Of a DNA stretch of 58,387 bases, positions 19,138 to 29,269 are shown piece after piece. Location of the stretch: contig CAZUKH010000003.1 in NCBI GenBank assembly GCA_964620955.1, positions 6,587 to 64,973 of the forward strand, given 5' to 3'. Under the pieces are notes generated by a model, which was given only the letters and a program-made list of their open reading frames with translations, searched no databases and was not told where the DNA came from. Numbering within the stretch: the first letter of the stretch is position 1; each line of letters starts with the position of its first letter. The position numbers were made by a program, and so were the translations under genes. The DNA is from an uncultured Candidatus Saccharibacteria bacterium (GTDB lineage Bacteria; Patescibacteriota; Dojkabacteria; J137).

Positions 19138-19561
19138 GGGGATGTTTATTCGACGGCAAAAGATTGTTTAGTATGGCAAGCCAGCTTTGAAAGGAAGCTG
19201 TAAAAAATCTTTCAACAAACAAACGACAATCAAAACGTTTTCTCAAAAGCAGTTAATGCTGTTAAGAATATCTTTGCAGCTCCAAAGCTTAATTTAAATT
19301 TTGCTTTGGCCTAAATTAACTGTCGTTACTTTTTTTAAAGTAGCCGCTTTTAACTTTATTTCCTGTGTAGGTTAAAAAGCGATCACTTTCAGGAATGCGT
19401 CAAAAAAGCTTAAAACGCACTTTTTTGATTAAGTCTAAGGTGTTTTCACAACTGATTTTTTTGCTTAATTTTTAGATTAGTTGTTGAAACCAAATTAAGC
19501 CAAGCTTGTAATTCCTTACTAGCATGGAATTGTCGGACAGGGTTCGCCCTCATCTCCACCA
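19138..19561 (+). ncRNA. ssrA: tmRNA
   Basis: GGGGATG/CATCTCC-ACCA acceptor stem with G3:U pair; TTCGAC and GGAC ends; tag ORF 19225-19314 ending NFALA-stop; pseudoknot pairings (TTCCTG/CAGGAA, GCTTAATTT/AAATTAAGC); smpB in window. Confidence 0.93.
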
Positions 19562-19592
19562 AAAGCTCCTGAAATTATTTCGGGAGCTTTTT
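19562..19592 (+). terminator. Intrinsic terminator after tmRNA
   Basis: AAAGCTCCTGAAA TTA TTTCGGGAGCTTT plus T-run. Confidence 0.8.
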
Positions 19593-19626
19593 GTTTTATT
19601 AGCTAAATCATTGTAAAATCATCCCT

Positions 19627-20463
19627 ATGAACATTTTGGAAATTCTTTTTTACCAGCCAATTTATAATCTTATAGTCGTTTTTTACAGGCTTTTAGGCGA
19701 CAACCTTGGTCTTGCTGTAATAGCTATAGCTATCGTTTCGAGAGTAGCTATGATTCCTCTTACTAGTAAGCAGATTAAAATGGCAGAATCAAGCAAGGAG
19801 TTCCAGGAAAAATCTAAAAAGATTAAGAAGAAGTTTAAAAATAAACAAAAACAACAAGAAGAGCTTTTAAAGCTCCAGCAGGAATATCTTCCTGCTCAGC
19901 TTAGTGGCTGTCTACCCTTAATAATCCAGTTCATTATTTTTATTGTCATCTATAATATTTTAAGTGGAATTATTACTGGAGGAATAACCAGTTTTAATAG
20001 GGTCGCTTACCCTTTTGTTCCAGGTTTTTCGGAAGATTATTCGGTTCAAAGTACTTTTCTTGGGCTTATAGATTTAAAAGCTAGCCCTGCTGCGATTAAT
20101 CAATTCCCAAACATTTTACCTTATCTTGTTTTGATTGTACTTGTTGGGGTAACTCAGTACTTTTCGTTTAAAATAATGACAGCAGCAAGGACTACTAAAA
20201 AAGAAGAGCAAAAGATTCAAAAGAAACCAAAAAAGAAAGATGATACAGAAGATTTCGGAGAAATTATGCAAAGATCTTCAAAGCAGGCTGCTACCTTAAT
20301 GCCAATACTTTTAACTGTTATTTCTTTTAATTTGCCTTCAGGACTTAGTATATACTTGATTACAACCAGTTTATTCGTTATACTTCAACAGTCGATTTTG
20401 GCTAGAAGAAGAAAACTAGCTGAGTCGCAAAAATTAGATCAACTAAATAATAGCCAATCATGA
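19627..20463 (+). CDS. yidC: Membrane protein insertase YidC (short YidC/Oxa1 type)
   Basis: LGLAVIAIAIVSRVAMIPL, SGCLPLIIQ, LPSGLSIYLITTSLFVILQQ. Confidence 0.92.
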   Translation: MNILEILFYQPIYNLIVVFYRLLGDNLGLAVIAIAIVSRVAMIPLTSKQIKMAESSKEFQEKSKKIKKKFKNKQKQQEELLKLQQEYLPAQLSGCLPLIIQFIIFIVIYNILSGIITGGITSFNRVAYPFVPGFSEDYSVQSTFLGLIDLKASPAAINQFPNILPYLVLIVLVGVTQYFSFKIMTAARTTKKEEQKIQKKPKKKDDTEDFGEIMQRSSKQAATLMPILLTVISFNLPSGLSIYLITTSLFVILQQSILARRRKLAESQKLDQLNNSQS

Positions 20464-21137
20464 AACTAGAAGCTACTAATAGACAAGTTTTGGGAAAAAG
20501 AGTTAAGAATTTAAGGTTAGGTGGGCTAGCACCTGCAAGTGTTTATGGCCCTAAAAAAAAGGCAGAGAGTATTGCAGTTGACGAAAAAAAATTTAGTAAG
20601 CTGTTCGAAAAAGTAGGATTTAACAAGTTTTTTGAGCTTGAAGTAGAAAATGAAAAACCTTCAAGAGTGCTTATTAAGGATGTTCACTATCATCCTGTAA
20701 AAGATTACATTTACAACATTAGTTTTTATGCAATTGACGAAGATAGAAAAATTTCTGTTGATGTACCTATTAACTTAGTGGGAGAAGCGCCTGCAGTAAA
20801 ACAAAATTTAGGATTCCTTGTGCAGCAGGCAGAAACTGTTGCAGTCTACTGTTTGCCTAAAGATCTTCCAGATCATTTCGAAGTTAATATTGAAAAACTT
20901 GAGTCTACAGGTGACAGTATAAACCTTGAAACACTTACTTTGCCTGAAGGTGTTGAATTCGACAGTGATGTAGACCCTAACTCCGCAATTGTATATATTG
21001 CCGCATTCCAAAAAGAAATAGTAGAAGAAGCTCCAGCTCCTGTTGAGGGAGAAGAAGGTGCCGAAGCTGCTTCTTCCGAGGCTGCAGCAGATACCGCAGA
21101 AGAGCAGAAGGACAATAAAAGTGAAGATAAAGAGTAA
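20460..21137 (+). CDS. rplY: 50S ribosomal protein L25/Ctc
   Basis: R..LGKRVKNLR..PASVYG, KDVHYHPV, VDVPINLVGEAP, acidic tail. Confidence 0.93.
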   Translation: MKLEATNRQVLGKRVKNLRLGGLAPASVYGPKKKAESIAVDEKKFSKLFEKVGFNKFFELEVENEKPSRVLIKDVHYHPVKDYIYNISFYAIDEDRKISVDVPINLVGEAPAVKQNLGFLVQQAETVAVYCLPKDLPDHFEVNIEKLESTGDSINLETLTLPEGVEFDSDVDPNSAIVYIAAFQKEIVEEAPAPVEGEEGAEAASSEAAADTAEEQKDNKSEDKE

Positions 21138-21139
21138 AT

Positions 21140-21168
21140 TTGACTAGTAAGGTCAAGATAAGCATAAT
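21140..21168 (+). promoter_or_regulatory. sigma70 promoter directly before the Lon-like gene, with TTGAC-N7-GTCAA palindrome over the -35
   Basis: TTGACT, 17-nt spacer, CATAAT, 6 nt, GTG start. Confidence 0.55.
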
Positions 21169-21174
21169 GTTCTT

Positions 21175-22317
21175 GTGAACAATCCTTCTAATACCCAAAC
21201 TTCGGAGCCTGGCGATGAAATATATTTGCTTGAAAAAGCCATAGCTACTTCTACGATGCCCTCAGAGCTTAAAAATAAAGCTGCAGGCATGATAATGCGA
21301 TTAAAAAAGATGACCGCTGCAGGTGGTTTTTCAAAAGAGTTTGAGCCGGTTTCTGAATATATTCGGTGGATACTCCAAATTCCGTTTGCAAGCTTTACGA
21401 AAGATAATCTCGACATAAAGCATGCAGCTGAAGAGCTTAATAAACATCACTACGGACTTGAAGTTATTAAAAATAGGATTTTACAATATTTAGCAGTTTT
21501 AAACTTACAAGGGTCGCAATCAGACAATATTCCATCAGCTAATACTTCTGGTGTTCAAGAAATGAAAAGGCTTCAAGGAAGTTCGTCCCATGCCCCAATA
21601 CTTTGTTTTATAGGTATTCAAGGTGTAGGTAAAACTTCTATGGCTAAATCGATTGCAAATGCTTTAGGACGTGAGTTTGTTAGGGTTTCTTTAGGAGCAA
21701 TGGGTAGTGTTACCGAGTTAAGGGGAAGATCGCGAGGAGAAATTGATGCAGAGCCTGGCCAAATTGTTAAATCGTTAATTAGGACAAAAACTATGAACCC
21801 ACTTATTTTGCTTGATGAAATTGATAAAACTTCAAGTGCTAGCGGCTTAAGGGCCGACATCATGGCGGCTTTGCTGGAAATACTAGACCCTGAGCAGAAC
21901 TCCACATTTATGGATAAATATATTGACTACCCGCTGGATTTATCTAAATGTCTTTTTATTACAACGGCCAATAACTCGGGAGGGATATCTGCTGCTTTGC
22001 TAGACAGGCTTGAGATAATTCGTTTTGGTAGCTATAACGATGATGAGAAGATTCAAATTGCTAAAAGTTATCTTTTACCAAAGGTTAGACAGGCTACAGG
22101 ACTTACAGAAGAGCAGCTTGCATTTGCTGATGATGTTTGGCCACTCGTTGTAAGGCCTCTTGGATTTGATGCAGGTGTAAGGCAGCTTGAAAGAACTCTG
22201 ATGGAGCTTGCACGCAAAGTAGCTTTGCAAATAGTTCAAGGTGTAGTAACAGGAGTTCAAATAAACCAATCAAATTTTCGCCAGTTTATTCCTGAAGATA
22301 TTGGCGTATACGCATAA
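21175..22317 (+). CDS. Lon-type AAA+ ATPase module lacking N-terminal and protease domains
   Basis: HHYGLEVIKNRILQYL, GIQGVGKTS, PGQIV..NPLILLDEIDK, ALLEILDPEQN.F.D.Y, AGVRQLER; ends at 380 aa. Confidence 0.88.
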   Translation: MNNPSNTQTSEPGDEIYLLEKAIATSTMPSELKNKAAGMIMRLKKMTAAGGFSKEFEPVSEYIRWILQIPFASFTKDNLDIKHAAEELNKHHYGLEVIKNRILQYLAVLNLQGSQSDNIPSANTSGVQEMKRLQGSSSHAPILCFIGIQGVGKTSMAKSIANALGREFVRVSLGAMGSVTELRGRSRGEIDAEPGQIVKSLIRTKTMNPLILLDEIDKTSSASGLRADIMAALLEILDPEQNSTFMDKYIDYPLDLSKCLFITTANNSGGISAALLDRLEIIRFGSYNDDEKIQIAKSYLLPKVRQATGLTEEQLAFADDVWPLVVRPLGFDAGVRQLERTLMELARKVALQIVQGVVTGVQINQSNFRQFIPEDIGVYA

Positions 22318-22326
22318 AAGCTTGGC

Positions 22327-22905
22327 TTAAAGATTCCCTTGAAGGAAAGTCTTATACTCTCTGTCTTTGCGCATGTTCGATTCTATAGAATTTCTTACAA
22401 TTTGGGCTTTGTGCATTCTTTTAGTTTGGGATGCCCAGTCTAAATATCTATCTATTTCAGGTGAAATTATTAAGATAAATTTCGTATCCAATTTGCTTTT
22501 AGCTTCTTCAACTGCTAGATTCATAACGTTTACAATATCTTTGTCAGAGTATTTTTTAAGTAAAAGGGTTTTAAAGTTTGAGCTGTTTAGAGAGGTTAGA
22601 AAAGAGTTTGATACGTTGGACTTATATAGAGCTATCACAATTTTCTTTTCAGATAAAGCCTTAGAGATATCAAAACCAATCTTAGCGTCGGGATTTGTGA
22701 TTTCTAAAATGATTATATCTGTATCTCTTATTGATTTTTCAATCCGGCTTTGAAAGTCAGCAGCATGGTTAGTTGTAAGAAGCCTTCGAAATTCGAGGTC
22801 TGTTTTTAAGTTGTGACCTTGCCTTTTAAGAAAATCAACACCCTCATTAAATACCTTGAATGTAGACTCTCTATAATCTGAATTATATAGTACGAAGATT
22901 TTCAT
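22327..22905 (-). CDS. Nucleoside 2-deoxyribosyltransferase-like Rossmann domain with C-terminal ribbon-helix-helix
   Basis: SIRDTDIIILEIT.PD..IGFDIS.AL..KK.VIALY; C-terminal KFILIISPEIDRYLDW..KAQIVRNSI. Confidence 0.65.
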   Translation of the reverse strand: MKIFVLYNSDYRESTFKVFNEGVDFLKRQGHNLKTDLEFRRLLTTNHAADFQSRIEKSIRDTDIIILEITNPDAKIGFDISKALSEKKIVIALYKSNVSNSFLTSLNSSNFKTLLLKKYSDKDIVNVMNLAVEEAKSKLDTKFILIISPEIDRYLDWASQTKRMHKAQIVRNSIESNMRKDREYKTFLQGNL

Positions 22906-23062
22906 GACCTGTCGTTAGTGCAAATAAATGGTATATATGGAATATATCACGCTCGCCAAGCCTTTGCAAGCAAAGCGTGTTACTAATAACAGTTAAAAAG
23001 TAATTAAGTCCTGTAAAAAAACTATAAAATTCTGTATCCTATATTACGTATAAAAATAACAA

Positions 23063-24313
23063 ATGAAAATAGGTCTAGCAGCTTTAAGAAGAAAAAATAT
23101 TTCGGAGTACAAAACATGTATAGCAATAGACATTGGTACAGAAAATGTTAAAACAGTTTTGTTTAGATTTAATGAATCCGGGAGGGTAGAGGTTTTAGGT
23201 TACAACCGAATGAGACAAAGTGAGTTTGCAATGAACAAAGCAATTATTATGGATGTCGATGAGGTTGCGAATACTTTGGACCAAAGTCTTGGTGCAGCTA
23301 TTTCGCAGGCGAAAAATCTTTTCACAGATGTCGATATCCCTAAACAAGCTGTAATGGGCATTGCAGGGGAGCTTGTAACTGGAGCACCAATAGTTGTAAA
23401 TGTTGATAGAGATGATGCAAGCACTAAAATTTCGGAGGCAGAAGTTGAAAAAATAGTTAAAAAGGTTAAGGAATACTCGTTCGAGTCAACAATTGAAGAC
23501 ATTTCTCAAGAAATAGGACTTAAAGCAAGTCAACTAAAAGAATTAAGTACTGTAATAAATACAGTTTCAATAGACGGAGCTAGAATTAAAAATCCGGTAG
23601 GGCTTTCAGGCTCAGAAATATCATACAGGGTTTTCGCAAGTTTTGCCCCAAAAATTCAGTTTGAGGCATTAGAGCAAGTTGCTGCTAAACTCAAAATCGA
23701 GCTATTAGAAGTAATGGTTGAGCCTTATGGATTAGCTACTGCACTACAAGGAATTACTAATGATAAAAACGGCGGGATAATTATTGATATTGGGGCGGGT
23801 ACTACAGATGTTGCCGTTGTAAGAGATGGTGAAATACTTGGAATAAAAATGTTTTCTATTGGGGGCCGAGTCTTTACTAAAAGGATAGAAAAGGTATTGC
23901 ACACTGATTATCATGAAGCAGAATCTCTCAAAATTAAGCATGGATTGAAAAAGCTAGATGATTACAGAGAAAGAGAAATTAAAAAAGTAATTGAGAATGA
24001 TATAAAATCATGGTTGCTTGGCGTAGAGCTGGCCTTAGAGGAAATGGAAGACATTGAAGAGTTTCCTCTGCAAATGTACATTTGTGGCGGGGGAGCGTTG
24101 TTACCTGAAATTGTGGAGGGTGTAATGTCTCATCCATGGATTCAAAGATTAAATTTTAAAAAACACCCAAAGGTATCAATTCTTTACCCTAACAAGCTTG
24201 AAAATGTTCATGATTTGACTCGAACAGTAACTGATCCACTAGATGTTACACCCTTAGCTCTTGCTAAATCTTACGTTTTACATAAAAAAATAAATGGTTC
24301 ATCAAGCGACTGA
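23063..24313 (+). CDS. Second FtsA-like actin-fold ATPase (paralog)
   Basis: IAIDIGTENVK, IKNPVGLSG, IIIDIGAGTTD, GGRVFT, ICGGGALLP; no C-terminal amphipathic helix. Confidence 0.85.
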   Translation: MKIGLAALRRKNISEYKTCIAIDIGTENVKTVLFRFNESGRVEVLGYNRMRQSEFAMNKAIIMDVDEVANTLDQSLGAAISQAKNLFTDVDIPKQAVMGIAGELVTGAPIVVNVDRDDASTKISEAEVEKIVKKVKEYSFESTIEDISQEIGLKASQLKELSTVINTVSIDGARIKNPVGLSGSEISYRVFASFAPKIQFEALEQVAAKLKIELLEVMVEPYGLATALQGITNDKNGGIIIDIGAGTTDVAVVRDGEILGIKMFSIGGRVFTKRIEKVLHTDYHEAESLKIKHGLKKLDDYREREIKKVIENDIKSWLLGVELALEEMEDIEEFPLQMYICGGGALLPEIVEGVMSHPWIQRLNFKKHPKVSILYPNKLENVHDLTRTVTDPLDVTPLALAKSYVLHKKINGSSSD

Positions 24314-26267
24314 AAAAATATTTGTTGACCCAGATGATGAAATTTCTTTCGTAATAGAAAGAATACTTTCTTCGGCTAAGGATACGGTTGTACTTGTGAT
24401 TCCTCAAAATTCTCTATTGTTTGGCAGTGTATTAAGTCTAAAAATCCTTTTTAGGCAAGCAGCTTATGACGATAAAGCAGTAATTATTGTTACAGAGGAT
24501 AACTATGGAATAAATATTTCTCAAAAAGCGGGCTTTGTAGTCACACAAAGGGTTAGTCAAATAACTAGTGATTTAATTGAGGTTGCTAGGGCAAAATTAA
24601 TGTCTTACAAACAAAAGCTTGAAAAGAAAAAACGAGAGTTACTGGGCAATCCGGTTGTAGAAGAAGACCCTGTACAAATTTCAAAAGCTGAACTAAAAGA
24701 TATTTCCCAAATAAATAATGAGATTGAAGAAGAGTACTCACAAAAGTTCGAAGAAGAAAAAGTTATCCCAGCGGAAGTTAAAACAGCTAGTAAGCCAATC
24801 AATATTAAAGAGATTTCGGGAATAAAAATCTTCGGAGGTAGTGATATTGAGGATTTCGATAATAATTCAAAAGATGATAAAATACACAAGTTAGATAATT
24901 TAGATATGGAATCTGGAGACAGAAAGGTTGATACTACCATTTTTAAAGAAAATAGGTTTGCAGGAAGAGACTTTACTAAACAGATAAAACAGAAAAGACA
25001 GGGGATTTTTGGAGGTTTATTTTCAAAGTTTGGGAAAGCTTCTCCAGAAACAAGGGGTGAAACAGTTGAAAAAATTTTGCCTAAGCTTCCTTGGTATCGA
25101 AGGAAAGTATTTTTTATTGTAACTGGAGTTGCTTTTTTTGTCTTACTTGTTGCTTACCTGGCTGTATTTCAATGGTCTCAAGTAACTTTAATTGTTACAT
25201 TGGAAAAGGAAGAAGTGCTTGCATCGTTAACTGTTGAACTAAGCGATACTGTCAAAGGATTTAATGAAAGGGATCTTGCTATTGAAACTCTAAACCTAGA
25301 TGTAGAAGAAAGTTCATCAACAACAGGTACTGCTTCTGGGCAAGGCACAAGAGGAAATAGAGCAACTGGTACTGTTTATATTTTTAATAAAACTCAGGCT
25401 CAAATTGCTTTTCCTGCTGGAACAACAATTGCATCGGCTAACAGCAGACTGGAGTTTACTTTTGTAGATGCAGTTTCTTTGCCGGCGGCTACATTGGATC
25501 CAGATCAATCAATTAATCCAAGTCTTACTGAAGGAATAAGGGTTCAAGCTAGAACGTTTGGTGAAGAATATAATCTAACTGGCTCTACAGATCAGTCATT
25601 TACTGTAGATGGTTATGGGATTAATGAAGTTGAGATAAAGCGTGAAGCAGATTTTGCTGGTGGTACAAAAGAAACTTTTGTTTCTGTTTCAGCACAAAAT
25701 ATTACTGAACTTAAGGATAAGGCTGTAAAAGAGTTGCAACCAAAAGCGTTGGCAAGGCTAAAGGCCGATGTTCCTAATGGATTTATTTTGCTCGAAGATA
25801 CTGTCAAATATACTGAAAAAGAAGTTCTTGCAAGGCCTGAAGTTGATCAACCAGCAAGAAGTGATAATACTTTTGATCTTTCTTTAGTGATTACTGCCAC
25901 AGGAACAGCAGTGAGAGAAAGAGATTTACGAGCAGTTATTGGCTATGCAATAACAAGTGAAGACAAAAGCGAAGAAGGTCAAAGCAAAAACATTGATTCT
26001 CTAGACTCAATAGAAACAAAAGACTACCTGGAAAATGCTGAAGGTAAATTTATTACTGTGTTTGCAGAAGGTACAGTTACCAATCTTATAACAGAAGAGC
26101 AGTTAAAGCTTGCTGTTAAAGGAAAATCTATTAGTGATGCCCAAAAAGCCTTAAACGAAATAGATAGTGTTAGCTCCTTTGAAATCAATTTCGCTCCTGA
26201 TTTTGTACCATCAGGACTTAAAACAGTGCCTAACGATGTGTCTAGAATCACGGTCAGATTTAGGTAA
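24294..26267 (+). CDS. Bitopic membrane protein with baseplate J/gp47-like extracytoplasmic region
   Basis: Globular N-terminus (IFVDPDDEI..VVLVIP), charged linker, TM near aa 273-293, then ATGTVYIFN..PAGTT..GEEYN..FAGGT pattern; overlaps upstream gene by 20 nt. Confidence 0.65.
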   Translation: MVHQATEKIFVDPDDEISFVIERILSSAKDTVVLVIPQNSLLFGSVLSLKILFRQAAYDDKAVIIVTEDNYGINISQKAGFVVTQRVSQITSDLIEVARAKLMSYKQKLEKKKRELLGNPVVEEDPVQISKAELKDISQINNEIEEEYSQKFEEEKVIPAEVKTASKPINIKEISGIKIFGGSDIEDFDNNSKDDKIHKLDNLDMESGDRKVDTTIFKENRFAGRDFTKQIKQKRQGIFGGLFSKFGKASPETRGETVEKILPKLPWYRRKVFFIVTGVAFFVLLVAYLAVFQWSQVTLIVTLEKEEVLASLTVELSDTVKGFNERDLAIETLNLDVEESSSTTGTASGQGTRGNRATGTVYIFNKTQAQIAFPAGTTIASANSRLEFTFVDAVSLPAATLDPDQSINPSLTEGIRVQARTFGEEYNLTGSTDQSFTVDGYGINEVEIKREADFAGGTKETFVSVSAQNITELKDKAVKELQPKALARLKADVPNGFILLEDTVKYTEKEVLARPEVDQPARSDNTFDLSLVITATGTAVRERDLRAVIGYAITSEDKSEEGQSKNIDSLDSIETKDYLENAEGKFITVFAEGTVTNLITEEQLKLAVKGKSISDAQKALNEIDSVSSFEINFAPDFVPSGLKTVPNDVSRITVRFR

Positions 26268-26287
26268 AAATCATCTCAATTAGAATA

Positions 26288-26343
26288 TTGACAATCTCCA
26301 AAGTTGACTGCTAACATTAGCAGTAGTGTGATGAAACTGCTAA
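26288..26343 (+). promoter_or_regulatory. groESL promoter with tandem CIRCE-like (HrcA) operators
   Basis: TTGACA (26288) and TGcTAACAT extended -10; TTAGCAGTA-N9-AACTGCTAA (26317-26343) and TTGACAATC-N9-GACTGCTAA (26288-26314) versus CIRCE TTAGCACTC-N9-GAGTGCTAA. Confidence 0.75.
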
Positions 26344-26388
26344 CTCACTGTGTTGGCTATTTATTTTATATTTTATACTTAACCTTAT

Positions 26389-26688
26389 ATGGCTAAACTA
26401 GCTATTAAGCCTGTAGGAGGAAATATTTTAGTAAAGCCTCTAAAAGAAGAAGAAAAAACAGCCTCTGGTTTAATTATTCAAAGTACTGGTAAAGGAGAAC
26501 GGCCACAAAAAGGCGAAATTATTGCACTAGGCACAGGCACAAAAGATGATAGCGGTAAAGATATACCATTTAATGTAAGAGTTTCAGATGTTGTGCTTTT
26601 TAAAAAGTACTCACCAGAAGAAGTAGAAATTGATGGAGAAGAGTTCTTAATCATGAAAGAGTCAGATATTCTTGGCATAATCAGCTAA
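26389..26688 (+). CDS. groES: Co-chaperonin GroES
   Basis: IKPVGGNILVK, KTASGLII, GEIIALGTG, IMKESDILGI. Confidence 0.98.
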   Translation: MAKLAIKPVGGNILVKPLKEEEKTASGLIIQSTGKGERPQKGEIIALGTGTKDDSGKDIPFNVRVSDVVLFKKYSPEEVEIDGEEFLIMKESDILGIIS

Positions 26689-26704
26689 AATCGATAAAAA
26701 TTAA

Positions 26705-28351
<1,647 letters not shown>

Positions 28352-28369
28352 AAATGGTCTATGAATATT

Positions 28370-28403
28370 AAAGAAACGCCCTTCCGGGCGTTTCTTTCGT
28401 TTT
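28370..28403 (+). terminator. Intrinsic terminator after groEL
   Basis: AAAGAAACGCCC TTCC GGGCGTTTCTTT. Confidence 0.85.
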
Positions 28404-28447
28404 GAACTAACGACTGGTATTATGGTTAAGTTACTACTTTGCAGTAT

Positions 28448-29269
28448 ATGTTGCAATATCAAAACCTCTTAAAAAAAGTATTGAAAAATGGAAGTAAAAG
28501 GCAAGATAGAACAGGAGTTGGGACAATATCAATATTTGGTGAGAGTATGCGGTTTGATTTAGCCAAGGGCTTTCCGGCTTTAACAACGAAAAAACTTGCG
28601 TTTAATGCAGTAAAAGCAGAGCTACTTTGGTTTTTAAAAGGCAGTTCTAACGTTAAGGAACTTCAGGAACTAGGCTGTCATATTTGGGATGCGAATGCAC
28701 AGGCTCCCTATTGGAAGCCAAAAGCGAGATTTGAAGGCGATTTAGGCCGTATTTATGGTGTACAGTGGCGAAGCTGGCAAAAGACAGATGGATCAATAGT
28801 AGACCAAATTGAAGATTTGATTACTAAAATTAAAGAAAACCCAACCGATAGGAGAATGGTGGTCACTGCGTGGAATCCTGGGGAAATTGATCAAATGGCC
28901 TTACCTCCATGTCATATGTTTTTTCAGGCATTTGTGTCCGATAAAAAACTATCTTTAGCCATGTATCAAAGAAGTGCAGATATGTTTTTAGGAGTACCAT
29001 TTAATATTGCTTCTTACTCTTTGTTACTTAGCATGATTGCACACGTGACAGGACTAATACCTGGTGAGTTCATACATTTTTTGGGTGATACCCATATTTA
29101 TCTTAATCATTTAGAACAGGTTAATGAATTACTTAGTCGTAAACCAATGAAGTTGGCGAATTTGTGGTTAAATCCTAAAGTAAAAAATCTTTACGACTTT
29201 AAAATGGAAGATATAAAGTTAGTTGATTATAATTCACACCCAGCTATAAAAGCACAAATGGCAGTATGA
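28448..29269 (+). CDS. thyA: Thymidylate synthase
   Basis: DRTGVGT, ELLWFLKG, YGVQWRSW, ALPPCH, YQRSADMFLGVPFNIASY. Confidence 0.98.
   Translation: MLQYQNLLKKVLKNGSKRQDRTGVGTISIFGESMRFDLAKGFPALTTKKLAFNAVKAELLWFLKGSSNVKELQELGCHIWDANAQAPYWKPKARFEGDLGRIYGVQWRSWQKTDGSIVDQIEDLITKIKENPTDRRMVVTAWNPGEIDQMALPPCHMFFQAFVSDKKLSLAMYQRSADMFLGVPFNIASYSLLLSMIAHVTGLIPGEFIHFLGDTHIYLNHLEQVNELLSRKPMKLANLWLNPKVKNLYDFKMEDIKLVDYNSHPAIKAQMAV

Noticed and set aside
24294-26267. Prophage tail or contractile injection system
   Set aside because: Single membrane-anchored baseplate-like gene with no sheath, tube or spike genes nearby
28448-29269. UGA recoding (genetic code 25) as in some CPR lineages
   Set aside because: thyA, smpB and yidC end at TGA at their expected C-termini, and long ORFs are intact in code 11
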